This document shows, piece after piece, positions 13,201 to 26,524 of a stretch of DNA of 64,000 bases. Below the pieces are notes generated by a model, which saw only the letters and a list, made by a program, of their open reading frames with translations, had not been told where the DNA came from and did no database searches. The position numbers and the translations under genes were made by a program. The DNA is from Eledone cirrhosa (lineage: Eukaryota). The stretch covers positions 375,968,001-376,032,000 of the forward strand of contig OZ024741.1 in the NCBI GenBank assembly GCA_964016885.1, read 5' to 3'. How positions within the stretch are numbered: position 1 is the first letter of the stretch; each line of letters starts with the position of its first letter.

Positions 13201-13830
13201 TATCTCTGTTCCAGGTATTATTTATCTCAGCATTCAGATCATTGTCTGCTTCGGGTGGTTCCTCCGTTCTCTCGACCTCTTCACCTTCATTTCCCACTGG
13301 CTCGTTTGTCTGGCATACTACACCCTCCATCTCCAAGCTAATCTCTCTGCTCAGTTCCTCCAGTTCCAGCTCACTTATCCACCCATTAGTTCTTATTACC
13401 AGAGCCTGCCCGGCCAATTTTTGTTCATCTAATTTAAATAGACCAATCTCGTTCCAGATGTTATGCATCCGTTTTCTATAGCCTTTCTCCTTGGGGTTAC
13501 TCTTCAGGTAACATTGCATAACAGTTCTATTCAATTCTTTCGTCCAGTTGGTTCTGGTCCCTTTCCTTCTTCTTCTTCCTCCGACACCAGCAGCATCTGG
13601 ATGACAGCCAGGTCCCTGCTGCTGAGCCAGGGAGCACCTGTTGGGTGAGAGTATGTCACATGACATTCTAGTCTCCATTTCACCGTTATTCGAACTGTTT
13701 AGGTTCGACATTTAAACACTCTTATCGAGGATTGGGAATGTATGGTTACATAACCACCGGTGAATTCATCGCCTCAGGTGGTTTCGTTACTCCAGGTGAT
13801 TTTTGTGTGGCATTATCACGCTGTCGACGA
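10205..13830 (-). mobile_element. R4/Dong-type retrotransposon family B, copy 1 (near full-length, frameshifted)
   Basis: ORF pieces run 13711->10292 with NYRPIT, FMDD, YKYLG, CRIC..H....C, RHD and NRPDL..DVACP. The 3' end sits in the SINE (ATT)n tail. Confidence 0.93.
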
Positions 13831-14034
13831 ACATAAATAAACAAACAAACAGGCAAAAAACCCCCCAAAAATGAATAAGCATAAGTTTCATTGTAATGTA
13901 GTGTTTGAATGTCTGACTTAGTTTTTCCCTTCCCTTCTCTGTCCGTCTGTTTGTTTTTCTCTTCATTTTTATTTTCTTTACGTTTTTCGTTGTTGCTGTG
14001 CTGCTTTGATTTTTATTTATTTTTTTTTTTATTT

Positions 14035-14910
14035 TGACCGGGTCATCAATTCAGTCTATTTATATATTATGATGCCTTCCTCTTTTAGTGGGGATTCTAC
14101 AATGTAGCAGGGGGTAGCGGGAGAGAATAGCGGCGGTAGTGATAATGAGGCAGTGGTGGTGGTGGTGGTGGCGGTGCTGTGCTAGCAGGAACTAGCAGGA
14201 GGTAGTGGGAGAGAATAGCGGCGGTAGCGATAATGAGGCAGTGGTGTGGTGATGTGATCGTATTACTGTAGTGATGGTGTTGAAGTTGGAGTAGAAATAG
14301 CGGTTGAGTCGACTTGACCAGAGTTTTCATCGTGGTAGTGGTGGTGGTGTTGGTGGTGAAATTATCTTTAGTTATTTAGTCATTTTTTCATTTTCCTCCT
14401 TTTCGACTCTAACATTCCTGATCCAAAGTTAAATATTAATCCTGTTTATTAATATTGTCTAGTGGTACCGCCATCTTCCCCTTTCGTAAGTTAACAGAAG
14501 GTAATGGGGGATAGCGGTGGTAGCAACGAAGGAGTAGTGGCGGCGGTGATGGGATAGTGGTAGTAATGATGGATGGGCGGCGGCGGCAGTAACTGTAGTG
14601 ATGGCGTTGTCGTTACTGAGTTTTGTTGAATAGACTGTAATTTTGTTTGATCGGTGAATCTATGGGGTTAGTCGCGTATATGTGTTGACATATCTTAATA
14701 TTGGAATTAAACATTTTGTTAAAACTTGAGACAATAATAATAGTAATTATTATTATTATGCTGAGATTGGTGGTGGTGGTGGTGAAATTGCCGTTATCTG
14801 GCTGTTGTGTTTAGTGTACACAGAGGGGTCATGGTGTAGGTGGTGTATCTAGTTTCTGGTGTTGGTGAAATTGCTGTTATTTGGCTGTTCTATATAGTGT
14901 AGACAGAGGG
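14035..14910. repeat. GGT/GGC-rich unclassified repeat with internal duplications; homologous to 26345-26525
   Basis: 14458-14590 matches 26395-26520 (tctagtg.taccgcca.cttcccctttc.taagttaacag...). Internal direct repeats lie at ~14119/14207 and ~14780/14863. Confidence 0.7.
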
Positions 14911-14996
14911 GTTTTCTTCCATTTATAACCATTTTCTTTTTTGAATATAAAATGTATAATACAAAATTGAATATTTGAGCGATATAACAATATATT

Positions 14997-15004
14997 ATGG
15001 ATCC

Positions 15005-15073
<69 letters not shown>

Positions 15074-17519
15074 TCTGAATACTGAGATAAATAATACCTG
15101 GAACAGAGATACGGCCACTGAGGAGATGAATGCTGACGGGCTAGGACAAGATTCGGTTGACATCCTAAATTTAGTGGTAGATGAATTGAACAATGATAGT
15201 GGGAGACCTATGAACCTAAGATTTGTAGACAGGAAAAAGTTAAAAGAAACAACAGCTAAGGTAAACAAAGTCATCCCATACCTTGAGGCGAAGAGCCTTC
15301 ACCAGTGCAACAATATCCTCAGAGCAACAGCAAATACGGTGAGGAAACTACTTGGTATAAAAGCGAGAGGAAACAACAGACAAGAAAGAGCAGAGCCGTG
15401 GTGGAAGAAGCGACTGAGTGGGCAAATCGGGGAAATGAGAAATGACATAGGAAAGCTTGAGTCACTACTGAATGGGACACTAAAAAACATAGGCACTAAA
15501 AATAGACTGGAAATAAAATACAAAACTAGGAGTAAAAAGCTAAATATTATCATAGAGGAATTGAAGCAACGCATTGTAGCAAAGAGTGCAAAAATCAGGC
15601 GATACGAGAACAGAGTCAGTCAGTATAAACAGAACCGCATGTTCGACAACAACCAGAAGATGCTGTTTGGACAGCTTGAGGGCAAAGAAAGAGGCAACGA
15701 CTTGATCCCTGGGGCGGAACAAACTAAAACATTCTGGAGAGGAATATGGGAGCAGGATGTTAGACACAATGCCCAGGCAGGGTGGATTGAGACAGTACAG
15801 AGGGAGACCGGTGAGCAGGCACAGCAACAGACTGATTTGAGTATCACAGTTGAAACTCTTAAGGGGCAAGCCAAAAAACTAACCAACTGGAAATCACCAG
15901 GCCCAGATGGTGTGCAGGGGTATTGGATTAAACATTTAACATCCCTCCACCCGAAGCTGACGGCCATGTTCAATGACTGCTTGGTGTCGGGTGAGGTGCC
16001 AGAGTGGTTGACAAAAGGTACCACAGTTGTGATAATGAAAGACCGAATCAAGGGTAATGATGCTACCAACTATAGACCTATCACATGTCTGCCCGTAATG
16101 TGGAAACTGTTGACGAGCATTGTGTCTGAGGAAATCTACCATCACCTCCACACAAACAACTTGTTACCGGACGAACAGAAAGGATGCCGAAAGAAGTCAC
16201 GTGGTACAAAGGACCAGTTGCTTATTGATAAGATGGTAATGGGGAATTGCAGGAGGGGACACACTGATCTTGCCATGGGATGGATAGACTACAGAAAGGC
16301 ATTTGACATGGTGCCTCATTCCTGGATCACCAAAAGCCTGGAGATCTTCAGGGTGGCAGATAACATCAGACAGTTGCTAGGCAGGAGTATGGGGTCCTGG
16401 GAGACAGAGTTGACATCAACTGGAGTATCCTTGGAGAGCGTGAAGATCAAGAGAGGTATCTTCCAGGGAGATAGCCTGTCCCCTCTGTTGTTTGTCCTTG
16501 CCCTGATGCCCTTGACCATTATGCTGCGAAAAGTGAGAGCAGGATACAAGTTGGGAAGGGGAGAGCTTACCATCAATCACCTCCTCTTCATGGACGATCT
16601 TAAGCTCTTCGGGAAAAGTGAGAAGGAGTTGGATGTGCTTGTTGACACTCTCCGTATTTTCAGCAGTGATATATGTATGCAGTTTGGTATTGGTAAATGT
16701 GGAGTCATTGTGATGAAGAGGGGTAGGTTGAGCAGAAGTAACGGGATCCAGATACCAACAGGTGAGATGATAAAGGAAATTGACTCTGAGGAAGGATACA
16801 AGTATTTGGGCGTTCTGGAGGCTGATGGCATAAAGAACAAAAAAATGAAGGAATTGTTAAGAACTGAATACATTCGGAGAGTAAGGAGCGTATTGAAGTC
16901 ACATCTGAACAGCAGAAATGCCATAAGCGCAGTAAATTCCCGAGCTGTGTCTATTATTAGGTACAGTGCGGGAATTCTGAGATGGAATGTTGCTGAACAA
17001 AAAGAAATGGATAGGAAGACTAGGAAGCTATTGACTATCTACAACATGTTCCACAAGAGGAGTGATGTCGATAGACTCTACCTAAGGAGATCTGAGGGTG
17101 GAAGAGGTCTTATCAGCATAGAGGACTGTGTTCAGATGGAGAAAAACAACCTATACAAATACGTGACCTATAGTAAGGAGCCAATGCTCAGAGCTGTACT
17201 GAAGGAGGGGACAGTAGGCCAGGGGATGTCCAAGGAGGAAATAACATCAAGGAGGAAGAGCAGCCTTAAGGGAAAATCCCTTCATAGTACCTTCTTTGAG
17301 AAAACTGAATTTAGAGATCCACAGACATGGAACTGGTTGAGAGGAGGAGACCTCAAAAAGGCTACAGAAGGAATGCTAATGGCTGCGCAGGAGCAGGCCC
17401 TCAAAACGAAGTGGTTGAAGCACCATATTTACAAGGAGGAGGCTAGCCCACTGTGCAGGATCTGTGGAGAGAGAGAGAGGAGACGGTGGCTCACATTGTG
17501 TCCGAGTGTAAACACCTAG
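14997..17519 (+). CDS. 840-aa ORF: poly-Asn leader from (AAT)n fused to Dong reverse transcriptase; frameshift in (GA)n before the RLE domain (continues 17453-18028)
   Basis: Intact RT motifs YRKAFD, GIFQGDSLSP, FMDD and YKYLG. The RLE domain is in the next frame. Expression is unknown. Confidence 0.7.
15006..15071. repeat. (AAT)n target tract
   Basis: Directly visible; it abuts the 5' truncation of Dong B copy 2. Confidence 0.97.
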
Positions 17520-18128
17520 CCCAGACCCACTATAAGGGCTGGAGACACGATGTGATGGGCAGGGTGATCCACTGGCACCTGTGCAAAGTAAACAATTTAC
17601 CACATTCTGAGAAATGGTATGAGCATAGGCCAGAGGCGGTGATGGAGAACAATCAGGTGAAGGTGCTGTGGGATTTTAGGATACAGACGGACAAAAAACT
17701 GGAACACAATAGACCTGACCTGGTGGTTGTGGACAAAGAAAAAAGATCGTGTCTGATTGTGGATGTGGCCTGCCCGTTCGACACGAGAGTGCAAGAGAAG
17801 GAGAGGGAGAAAATTAACCGATACCAGGACCTAAAGTGGGAGGTGAAAAGGATTTGGAACTGCCATGAAGTCAAAGTGATCCCGATTGTCATAGGCGCAC
17901 TGGGGACTATCTCTAAAAGTTTCCAGGGATGGTTAAAGAAAATCGGCCCCTTCACGCTTTTTGGAACGCTTCAAAAGGCATGCTTGCTTGGAACAGCGAG
18001 AACCCTCCGATACGTCCTGAATATCTGAGGCTGCAGGTAGTGGCTTGATATTCAATCCAACGGACTTTCCAGTTAACCAACATCAATGACTGAGATTCAA
18101 GGAATAACAACAATAATAATAATAATAA
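15069..18128 (+). mobile_element. R4/Dong family B copy 2 (5'-truncated, A->G hypermutated), inverted relative to copy 1
   Basis: Reverse-complement match to 10205-13242, with (AAT)n on both sides. Confidence 0.95.
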
Positions 18129-18130
18129 TT

Positions 18131-21100
18131 ATAACACGAAATGATTACCCCTTGGCGGATAAGGATAAAACGCGACAAAATAAAGTAAATGTCTAATGAT
18201 AAAATCTCATACCGGATCGGCCGTCACCCGGGTAAAAAAGGGCCGCGTCCCTCGGAGAGGAACCAGACTGGGGTCAAAAAATCAGCTAATGGTTCAAACC
18301 TTTCCATCACTTCGGAGCTGGAGACCTCCCATAACCGGAATACTACTACTGTTGGCCCTCCATGCTCACCACCAAGAAATCCAAAGAAAAAGAGAGAAAA
18401 ATGGTCAAGGGAAGATAATAAAGAAGTCCTTGAGGCTTTCTACACTGCCATATACTACCCATCAAATACATCGAATACAGAACAGACATATATCAACTGG
18501 AAAAAGAAACATCCCGAAAACAGAGGCTATATTGACAGTAACAAACTAGCCAATATACGAAGAAATATTGTAAGAAAAAAGTTACTAACTGATATAGAAA
18601 TTGATCAGATCAAGCTATTAGCACAAAGTCAGCGAAGGGAAAATGAAACATGTGTCAGTGAAAACGAGGTAAACTGTAACACTTCGAATCCCAGGGTTGG
18701 GGCGGAATCACTGGCAACAGAACAAATTAAAGAAAGGATCGAAAAAGTGGAGGGAGTGCATGCTCAGGATGAAACTCCAAATGAAAATAATGAAATCGTA
18801 AATGATAAAGAAATGAATGAGAATGAACTTGCCAACTTCAAGGATGAAATTATGATCGAATGGATGAAAATGAAAGAATCTGACATGGGGCAACGAGACA
18901 CCCTCCCTAAGATCCAGAACTCCAAACAGAACCAAAAGATAATACACAAGACTAACATAATTCTGAAAAACATTATCATCACAAACAAACTAAACATTAC
19001 TGATTTAAATCATCTCTATTATGCATCGGCTAAAGTCACCACTCACTTATGTGGAGTGAAGATGAAAAAACAAAGGAATTCCCACAAGAAATCTACTTGG
19101 CAAGAGAACATCAATCGCCAAATAAACCTTCTCCGATCTGACATAGAAATTTTAACAAACTATAAAGTAGGTGAACATGTTAAACAAACTAAACTTAGAA
19201 AATTGAAAAAAAAGTACAGTATAAAATCAACATGTGACATAGACATGCTGATAGAAATAATCAAGCAAAAAGTGTCGGCCAAAGCTGCTCGTATAAGGCG
19301 CTTTGAAAAACGATCTAGATTCTATAAGGACAATAATATGTTCAAAAACAACCAAAAAAACTTCTACAGAAAAATTGGTAAGTCAACAATAACTGCTAAA
19401 TCAATACCACCCAAGGAGGAAGTGCAAGAATTCTGGGAAAAGATCTGGGCCGAAGAAAAAGTTCATAACATACATGCCCCATGGATAGATAGACAAATGA
19501 AAGATACAGCTCACCTTGAGGAACAAACATGGGAAAATATAACAGTTGAACAGTTGCGCTTGGCTCTAAGAAAAACCAGCAAATGGAAATCCCCAGGAAA
19601 AGACAAAATACAAAACTTTTGGATAAATGCCTTCACATAGTCTCATGAGCTGTTAGCCCAACTTTACAATGAATTAGTTAAGGAGCCAGAAAAGATACCT
19701 TCCTGGCTAGTTAACGGCATTACATTCCTGCTTCCGAAGAATGATGAGACAAACAATCCCAAAAATTACAGACCGATAACTTGCTTGACCACAATGTACA
19801 AAATTTTAACATCAGTCCTAACTGAATACACATATGACCACCTGATAACAAATGACCTATTTCCCATTGAGCAGAAAGGGTGTAAACGAGGCTCATATGG
19901 CTGTAAGGATCAGCTTCTGGTTAACAAAATGATACTGGAAGATTGTCATAATAGACACAAAAATCTATCGATTGCTTGGATAGATTATAAAAAAGCATTT
20001 GATAGTTTGCCACACAGTTGGATTGAAAAATGTTTAGAGATTTTCAAAGTATCCCCCGTTGTCAGGAGGTTTTTGTCATTCAGTATGAAGACATGGAAAA
20101 CGACACTCCTTTTGAATAGTGAAACAAAATCACTGGAAGCTGGAGAAGTTAATATTAATTGTGGAATTTTTCAGGGTGACTCTTTATCACCGCTTATATT
20201 CTGCATCGCACTTATACCATTAAGTAAAATGCTCAATGAAACAAAACATGGATATAAAGTCTATGACAAAACCATTAATCACCTGTTCTACATGTTTGAC
20301 CTGAAACTATTTGCAAAAATTGATGAACAATTGCAAGGGCTATTATCCACTGTGAAGCAGTTCAGTGATGACATTAAAATGGGGTTTGGACTAGATAAAT
20401 GCGCCAAAGCGACGTTCACCAGAGGAAAGCTGCTGAAGAGTTCAGACATTAATCTTGATCGGTGGAACGTGATAAGAGAGCTTGATCAAGAAAAAACTTA
20501 CAAATATCTAGGTGTTTGTGAAGGAGATGGAATCAAGCACTCGACAATGAGGGAAAGGATAAGGAAGGAATGTTACCGCAGAGTAAGAGCAATCTTAAGA
20601 ACGGAATTGAATGCAAGGAATAGGATCGATGCCATAAACACGCTTGTCATACCAGTAGTAACCTACAGTTACAATGTCATCAACTGGTCAAGCACAGAGA
20701 TCCGTAGGCTCGATACAAAAATCCAAAAATTCTTAACCAATGCATCACCCTAAGGCAGACATAGATAGAATATATCTCCCTAGGAAAGAAGAAGGACGTG
20801 GATTAATCCAGTTAGACATTGCGTTGAAAACTGCAACAATTGGATTATCCACATATCTAAGGGAATCCCATGATTGGATGATTAAACTCGTTTTGAAACA
20901 CGAAAGCACCAAAAGATCATATTCCATTACAAAAGATGCACAAAGATACAGTAATGGACTACAAATTTCAGAAGTCCCATTTACTGCTGAAATGGAAAAC
21001 ACAGAAAAAGCAAAGCAGGTAAAAGTAACTGCAAAGAAAGAACTGCTACAGAAACTGGCTAAGAAATGGCAACAAAAGCCTCTGTATGGAAAATACACAG

Positions 21101-21985
21101 AGCGAGCTAATAATCCTGATGTTGACAAAACTTTAACCCATCAGTGGTTGGCATCCTCTGGACTGAAATCGGAGACTGAAGGACTGATTATATCGGCACA
21201 AGATCAGTGTCTGCCAATAAAAAATTACCAAGCCAACATAATAAAAAATGGGTGCAGCCCATTATGCCGTGTATGCAAAAAACAACCAGAGACCATTGAC
21301 CATATAATGTCAATGTGCAGTCCTATAGCTCCAACCGAATACCTAAACAGGCATGACAGAGCTGCACAATACATACATTGGATAATGTGTAAGCATTTTG
21401 ACCTGCCCCATCAAAAGAATTGGTGGGAGCATCAACCACCTCCCATACTTGAAAAAGATCACATCTCAATCTTGTGGAACTTTAGCATCCAAACAGACCG
21501 AAAACTAGATGCAAATAGACCTGATATAATATTGAAGGACTTTCAAAGGAGGGTATGCCTGCTAATTGATATGTCTGTTCCAATAGACAAGAATGTATCT
21601 ATAAAAACATTTGAAAAATTGAGCAAGGACCTGGAGATAGAAATTGGAAAAATGTGGAAATTGAGAACTAAAACAATACCAGTGGTTGTAGGCGCTCTGG
21701 GAATGATACCTAAGGGGTCTAACGACTACTTATCGCAAATCCCATGAAACCCGCGTATAGGAGAAATACAAAAGATAGTACTAATGGGAACTGCCCATAT
21801 ACTAAGGAAGATCCTGTCAATATAAGTACATCACAAGTCTAAACACTAAGGATGCATGTGTGAATATGTATGTTCTTTCTTGAACATGGCGGACCTTGTT
21901 GTCTCTTGAGGTCACTGGTTGTGACTTGGTGATAACTCGTATGAACATAAAGCAAGATAAATGCAAATAATAATAATAATAACAA
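18131..21985 (+). mobile_element. R4/Dong family C copy 1 (lacks ~105-nt 5' leader; premature stops)
   Basis: ORFs 18189-19640, 19785-20753 and 20740-21747 carry RT (YMDD mutated to YMFD), CCHC and RLE (NRPDII..DMSVP). It starts in the (AAT)n tail of B2 and ends in (AAT)n. Confidence 0.95.
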
Positions 21986-22091
21986 CGCCACCGCCGCCAT
22001 CATCTCATCCATCATTACTACCACTATCCCATCACCGCCACATAAAGCAAGATAAATGCAACTGTAATAATAATAATAATAATAATAATAA

Positions 22092-25000
22092 TTATTATTA
22101 TTATTATTATTATTACAGTTGCATTTATCTTGCTTTATGTTCATACGAGTTATCACCAAGTCACAATCAGTGACCTCAAGAGACAACAAGGTCCGCCATG
22201 TTCAAGAAAGAACATACATATTCACACATGCAGCTTTAGTGTTTAGACTTGTGATGTACTTATATTGACAGAATCTTCCTTATTATATGGGCAGTTCCCA
22301 TTAGTACTATCTTTTGTATTTCTCCTATACGCGGGTTTCCTGGGATTTGCGATAAGTAATCATTAGACCCCTTAGGTATCATTCCCAGAGCGCCTACAAC
22401 CACTGGTATTGTTTTAGTTCTCAATTTCCACATTTTTCCAATTTCTATCTCCAGGTCCTTATACTTGCTCAATTTTTCAAATGTTTTTATAGATACATTC
22501 TTGTCTATTGGAACAGATATATCAATTAACAGGCATACCCTCATTTTAAAGTCCTTCAATATTTTATCAGGTCTATTTGCATCTATTGTTCGGTCTGTTT
22601 GGATGCTAAAGTTCCACAAGATTGAGATGTGATTTTTTTCATGTATGGGAGGTGGTTGATGCTCCCACCAATTCTTTTGATGGGGCAGGTCAAAATGCTT
22701 ACACATTATCCAATGTATGTATTGTGCAGATCTGTCATGCCTATTTAGGTATTCGGTTGGAGCTATAGGACTGCACATTGAAATTATATGGTCAATGGTC
22801 TCTGGTTGTTTTTTGCATACACGGCATAATGGGCTGCATCCATTTTTTATTATGTTGGCTTGGTAATTTTTTGTTGGCAGACACTGAGCTTGTGCTGATA
22901 TAATCAGTCCTTCAGTCTCCGATTTCAGTCCAGAGGATGCCAACCACTGATGGGTTAAAGTTTTGTCAACATCAGGATTGTTAGCTCGCTCTGGGTATTT
23001 TCCATACAGAGGCTTTTGTTGCCATTTCTTAGCCAGTTTCTGTAGCAGTTCTTTCTTTGCAGTTACTTTTACCTGCTTTGCTTTTTCTGTGTTTTCCATT
23101 TCAGCATAAATGGGACTTCTGAAATTTGTAGTCCATTACTGTATCTTTGTGCATCTTTTGTAATGGAATATGATCTTTTGATGCTTTCGTGTTTCAAAAC
23201 GATTTTGATCATCCAATCATGTGATTCCCTTAGATATGTAGATAATCCAATTGTTGCAGTTTTCAACGCAATGTCTAACTGGATTAACCCACGTCCTCCT
23301 TCTTTCCTAGGGAGATATATTCTATCTATATCTGCCTTAGGGTGATAAATTCTGTGCATGGTTAAGAATTTTCGAATTTTTGTATCGAGCCTACGGATCT
23401 CTGTGTTTGACCAGTTGATGACATTGTAACTGTAGGTTACTACTGATATGGCAAGCGTGTTTATGGCATCGATCCTATTCCTTGCATTCAATTCTGTTCT
23501 TAAGATTGCTCTTACTCTGCGGTAACCTTCCTTCCTTATCCTTTCCCTCATTGTCGAGTGCTTGATTCCGTCTCCTTCACAAACACCTAGATATTTGTAA
23601 GTTTTTTCTTGATCAAGTTCTCTTATCACGTTCCCCCATCAAGATTAATGCCTGAACTCTTCAGCAGCTTTCCTCCGGTGAACATTGCTTTGGCGCATTT
23701 ATCTAGTCCAAACTCCATTTTAATGTCATCACTGAACTGCTCCACAGTGGATAATGGCACTTGCAATTGTTCATCATTTTTTGCAAATAGTTTCAGGTCA
23801 TCCATGTAGAACAGGTGATTAATGGTTTTGTCATAGACTCTATATCCATGTTTTATCTCATTGAGCATTTTACTTAATGGTATAAGCGCGATGCAGAATA
23901 AAAGCGGTGATAAAGAGTCACCCTGAAAAATTCCACAATTAATATTAACTTCTCCAGCTTCCAGTGATTTTGTTTCACTATTCAAAAGGAGTGTCGTTTT
24001 CCATGTCTTCATACTGAATGACAAAAACCTCCTGACAACGGGGGATACTTTGAAAATCTCTAAACATTTTTCAATCCAACTGTGTGGCAAACTATCAAAT
24101 GCTTTTTTATAATCTATCCAAGCAATCGATAGATTTTTGTGTCTATTATGACAATCTTCCAGTATCATTTTGTTAACCAGAAGCTGATCCTTACAGCCAT
24201 ATGAGCCTCGTTTACACCCTTTCTGCTCAATGGGAAATAGGTCATTTGTTATCAGGTGGTCATATGTGTATTCAGTTAGGACTGATGTTAAAATTTTGTA
24301 CATTGTGGTCAAGCAAGTTATCGGTCTGTAATTTTTGGGATTGTTTGTCTCATCATTCTTCGGAAGCAGGAATGTAATGCCGTTAACTAGCCAGGAAGGT
24401 ATCTTTTCTGGCTCCTTAACTAATTCATTGTAAAGTTGGGCTAACAGCTCATGAGACTATGTGAAGGCATTTATCCAAAAGTTTTGTATTTTGTCTTTTC
24501 CTGGGGATTTCCATTTGCTGGTTTTTCTTAGAGCCAAGCGCAACTGTTCAACTGTTATATTTTCCCATGTTTGTTCCTCAAGGTGAGCTGTATCTTTCAT
24601 TTGTCTATCTATCCATGGGGCATGTATGTTATGAACTTTTTCTTCGGCCCAGATCTTTTCCCAGAATTCTTGCACTTCCTCCTTGGGTGGTATTGATTTA
24701 GCAGTTATTGTTGACTTACCAATTTTTCTGTAGAAGTTTTTTTGGTTGTTTTTGAACATATTATTGTCCTTATAGAATCTAGATCGTTTTTCAAAGCGCC
24801 TTATACGAGCAGCTTTGGCCGACACTTTTTGCTTGATTATTTCTATCAGCATGTCTATGTCACATGTTGATTTTATACTGTACTTTTTTTTCAATTTTCT
24901 AAGTTTAGTTTGTTTAACATGTTCACCTACTTTATAGTTTGTTAAAATTTCTATGTCAGATCGGAGAAGGTTTATTTGGCGATTGATGTTCTCTTGCCAA

Positions 25001-26075
25001 GTAGATTTCTTGTGGGAATTCCTTTGTTTTTTCATCTTCACTCCACATAAGTGAGTGGTGACTTTAAGCGATGGATAATAGAGATGATTTAAATCAGTAA
25101 TGTTTAGTTTGTTTGTGATGATAATGTTTTTCAGAATTATGTTAGTCTTGTGTATTATCTTTTGGTTCTGTTTGGAGTTCTGGATCTTAGGGAGGGTGTC
25201 TCGTTGCCACATGTCAGATTCTTTCATTTTCATCCATTCGATCATAATTTCATCCTTGAAGTTGGCAAGTTCATTCTCATTCATTTCTTTATCATTTACG
25301 ATTTCATTATTTTCATTTGGATTTTCATCTTGAGCATGCACTCCCTCCACTTTTTCGATCTTTTCTTTAATTTGTTCTGTTGCCAGTGATTCCGCACCAA
25401 CCCTGGGATTCGAAGTGTTACAATTTACCTCGTTTTCACTGACACATGTTTCATTTTCCCTTCGCTGACTTTGTGCTAATAGTTTGATCTGATCAATTTC
25501 TATATCAGTTAGTAACTTTTTTTTTACAATATTTCTTCGTATATTGGCTAGTTTGTTACTGTCAATATACTCTCTGTTTTCGGGATGTTTCTTTTTGCAG
25601 TTGATATATGTCTGTTCTGTATTCAATGTATTTGATAGGTAGTACATGGCAGTGTAGAATGCCTCAAGGACTTCTTTATTATCTTCCCTTGACCATTTTT
25701 CTCTCTTTTTCTTTGGATTTCTTGGTGGTGAGCATGGAGGGTCAACAGTAGGAGTATTCCGGTTATGGGAGGTCTCCAGCTCCGAAGTGATGGGAAGGTT
25801 TGAACCATTAGGTGATTTTTCGACCCCAGTCTGGTTCCTCTCTGAGGGACGCGGTCCTTTTTTCCCCGGGTGACGGCCGATCCGGTATGAGATTTTATCA
25901 TTAGACATTTACTTTATTTTGTCGCGTTTTATCCTTATCCGCCAAGGGGTAATCATTTCGTGTTACCACTTCTAGAACGAGTGTCAACCAAGACTAGAGG
26001 GGTCGTTCTCCCCTAGAGACACGGCTATTCCCCGCCGGCCGCCATCCCGGTATTTCTTGGTCACGGGGTTTTGTT
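22092..26075 (-). mobile_element. R4/Dong family C copy 2 (full-length, disrupted); tail-to-tail palindrome with copy 1
   Basis: ORFs run 25908->22260 with YMDD and RLE motifs. The (AAT)n tail is at 22092-22114. Confidence 0.95.
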
Positions 26076-26524
26076 TTTGTTGTTTTTTTTTAAATTGTTA
26101 TTATCATGAGTGGTTCCTTAATGTGAGCATTGCGTGGCTTAAGAATGAAATTATTAATAACCGTCTCCACTCCAGGCACAAGGCCAGCAATCACCCAGTG
26201 CATTACAATAATATAATATTCTTTTTGCTGAAGTTGCCTGTTATTGTTGTTGGCTATGTCGGTGGTGGTGCTGGGACTTTTTATATTGCTGGTGAGGAAG
26301 GGGGGAGCCAGCAGTGCCATAGTTTGTTGACCTTATGCCGGTGGCCAGGTCACTAAATCAATTTATTTATATCTTTTGCTAGCCTCTCCCTTGTCTAGTG
26401 ATACCGCCACCTTCCCCTTTCTTAAGTTAACAGGGGAACAGTGGGGGTAGCAATGAAGGAGTGGTGGCGGCGGTGATGGGATAGTGGTAGTAATGATGGA
26501 TGAGGTGGTGGCGGCGGTGGCGTT

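Noticed and set aside
13740-13800. GAAA-CCACC...GGTGG-TT hammerhead-like stem in the Dong B1 5' leader
   Set aside because: No CUGANGA box or stem I, and no HDV fold could be fitted.
10205-18128. B1/B2 inverted pair as one TIR or fold-back transposon, or an assembly artefact
   Set aside because: Each arm has its own (AAT)n junctions and the arms differ at many sites, consistent with separate retrotransposition events.
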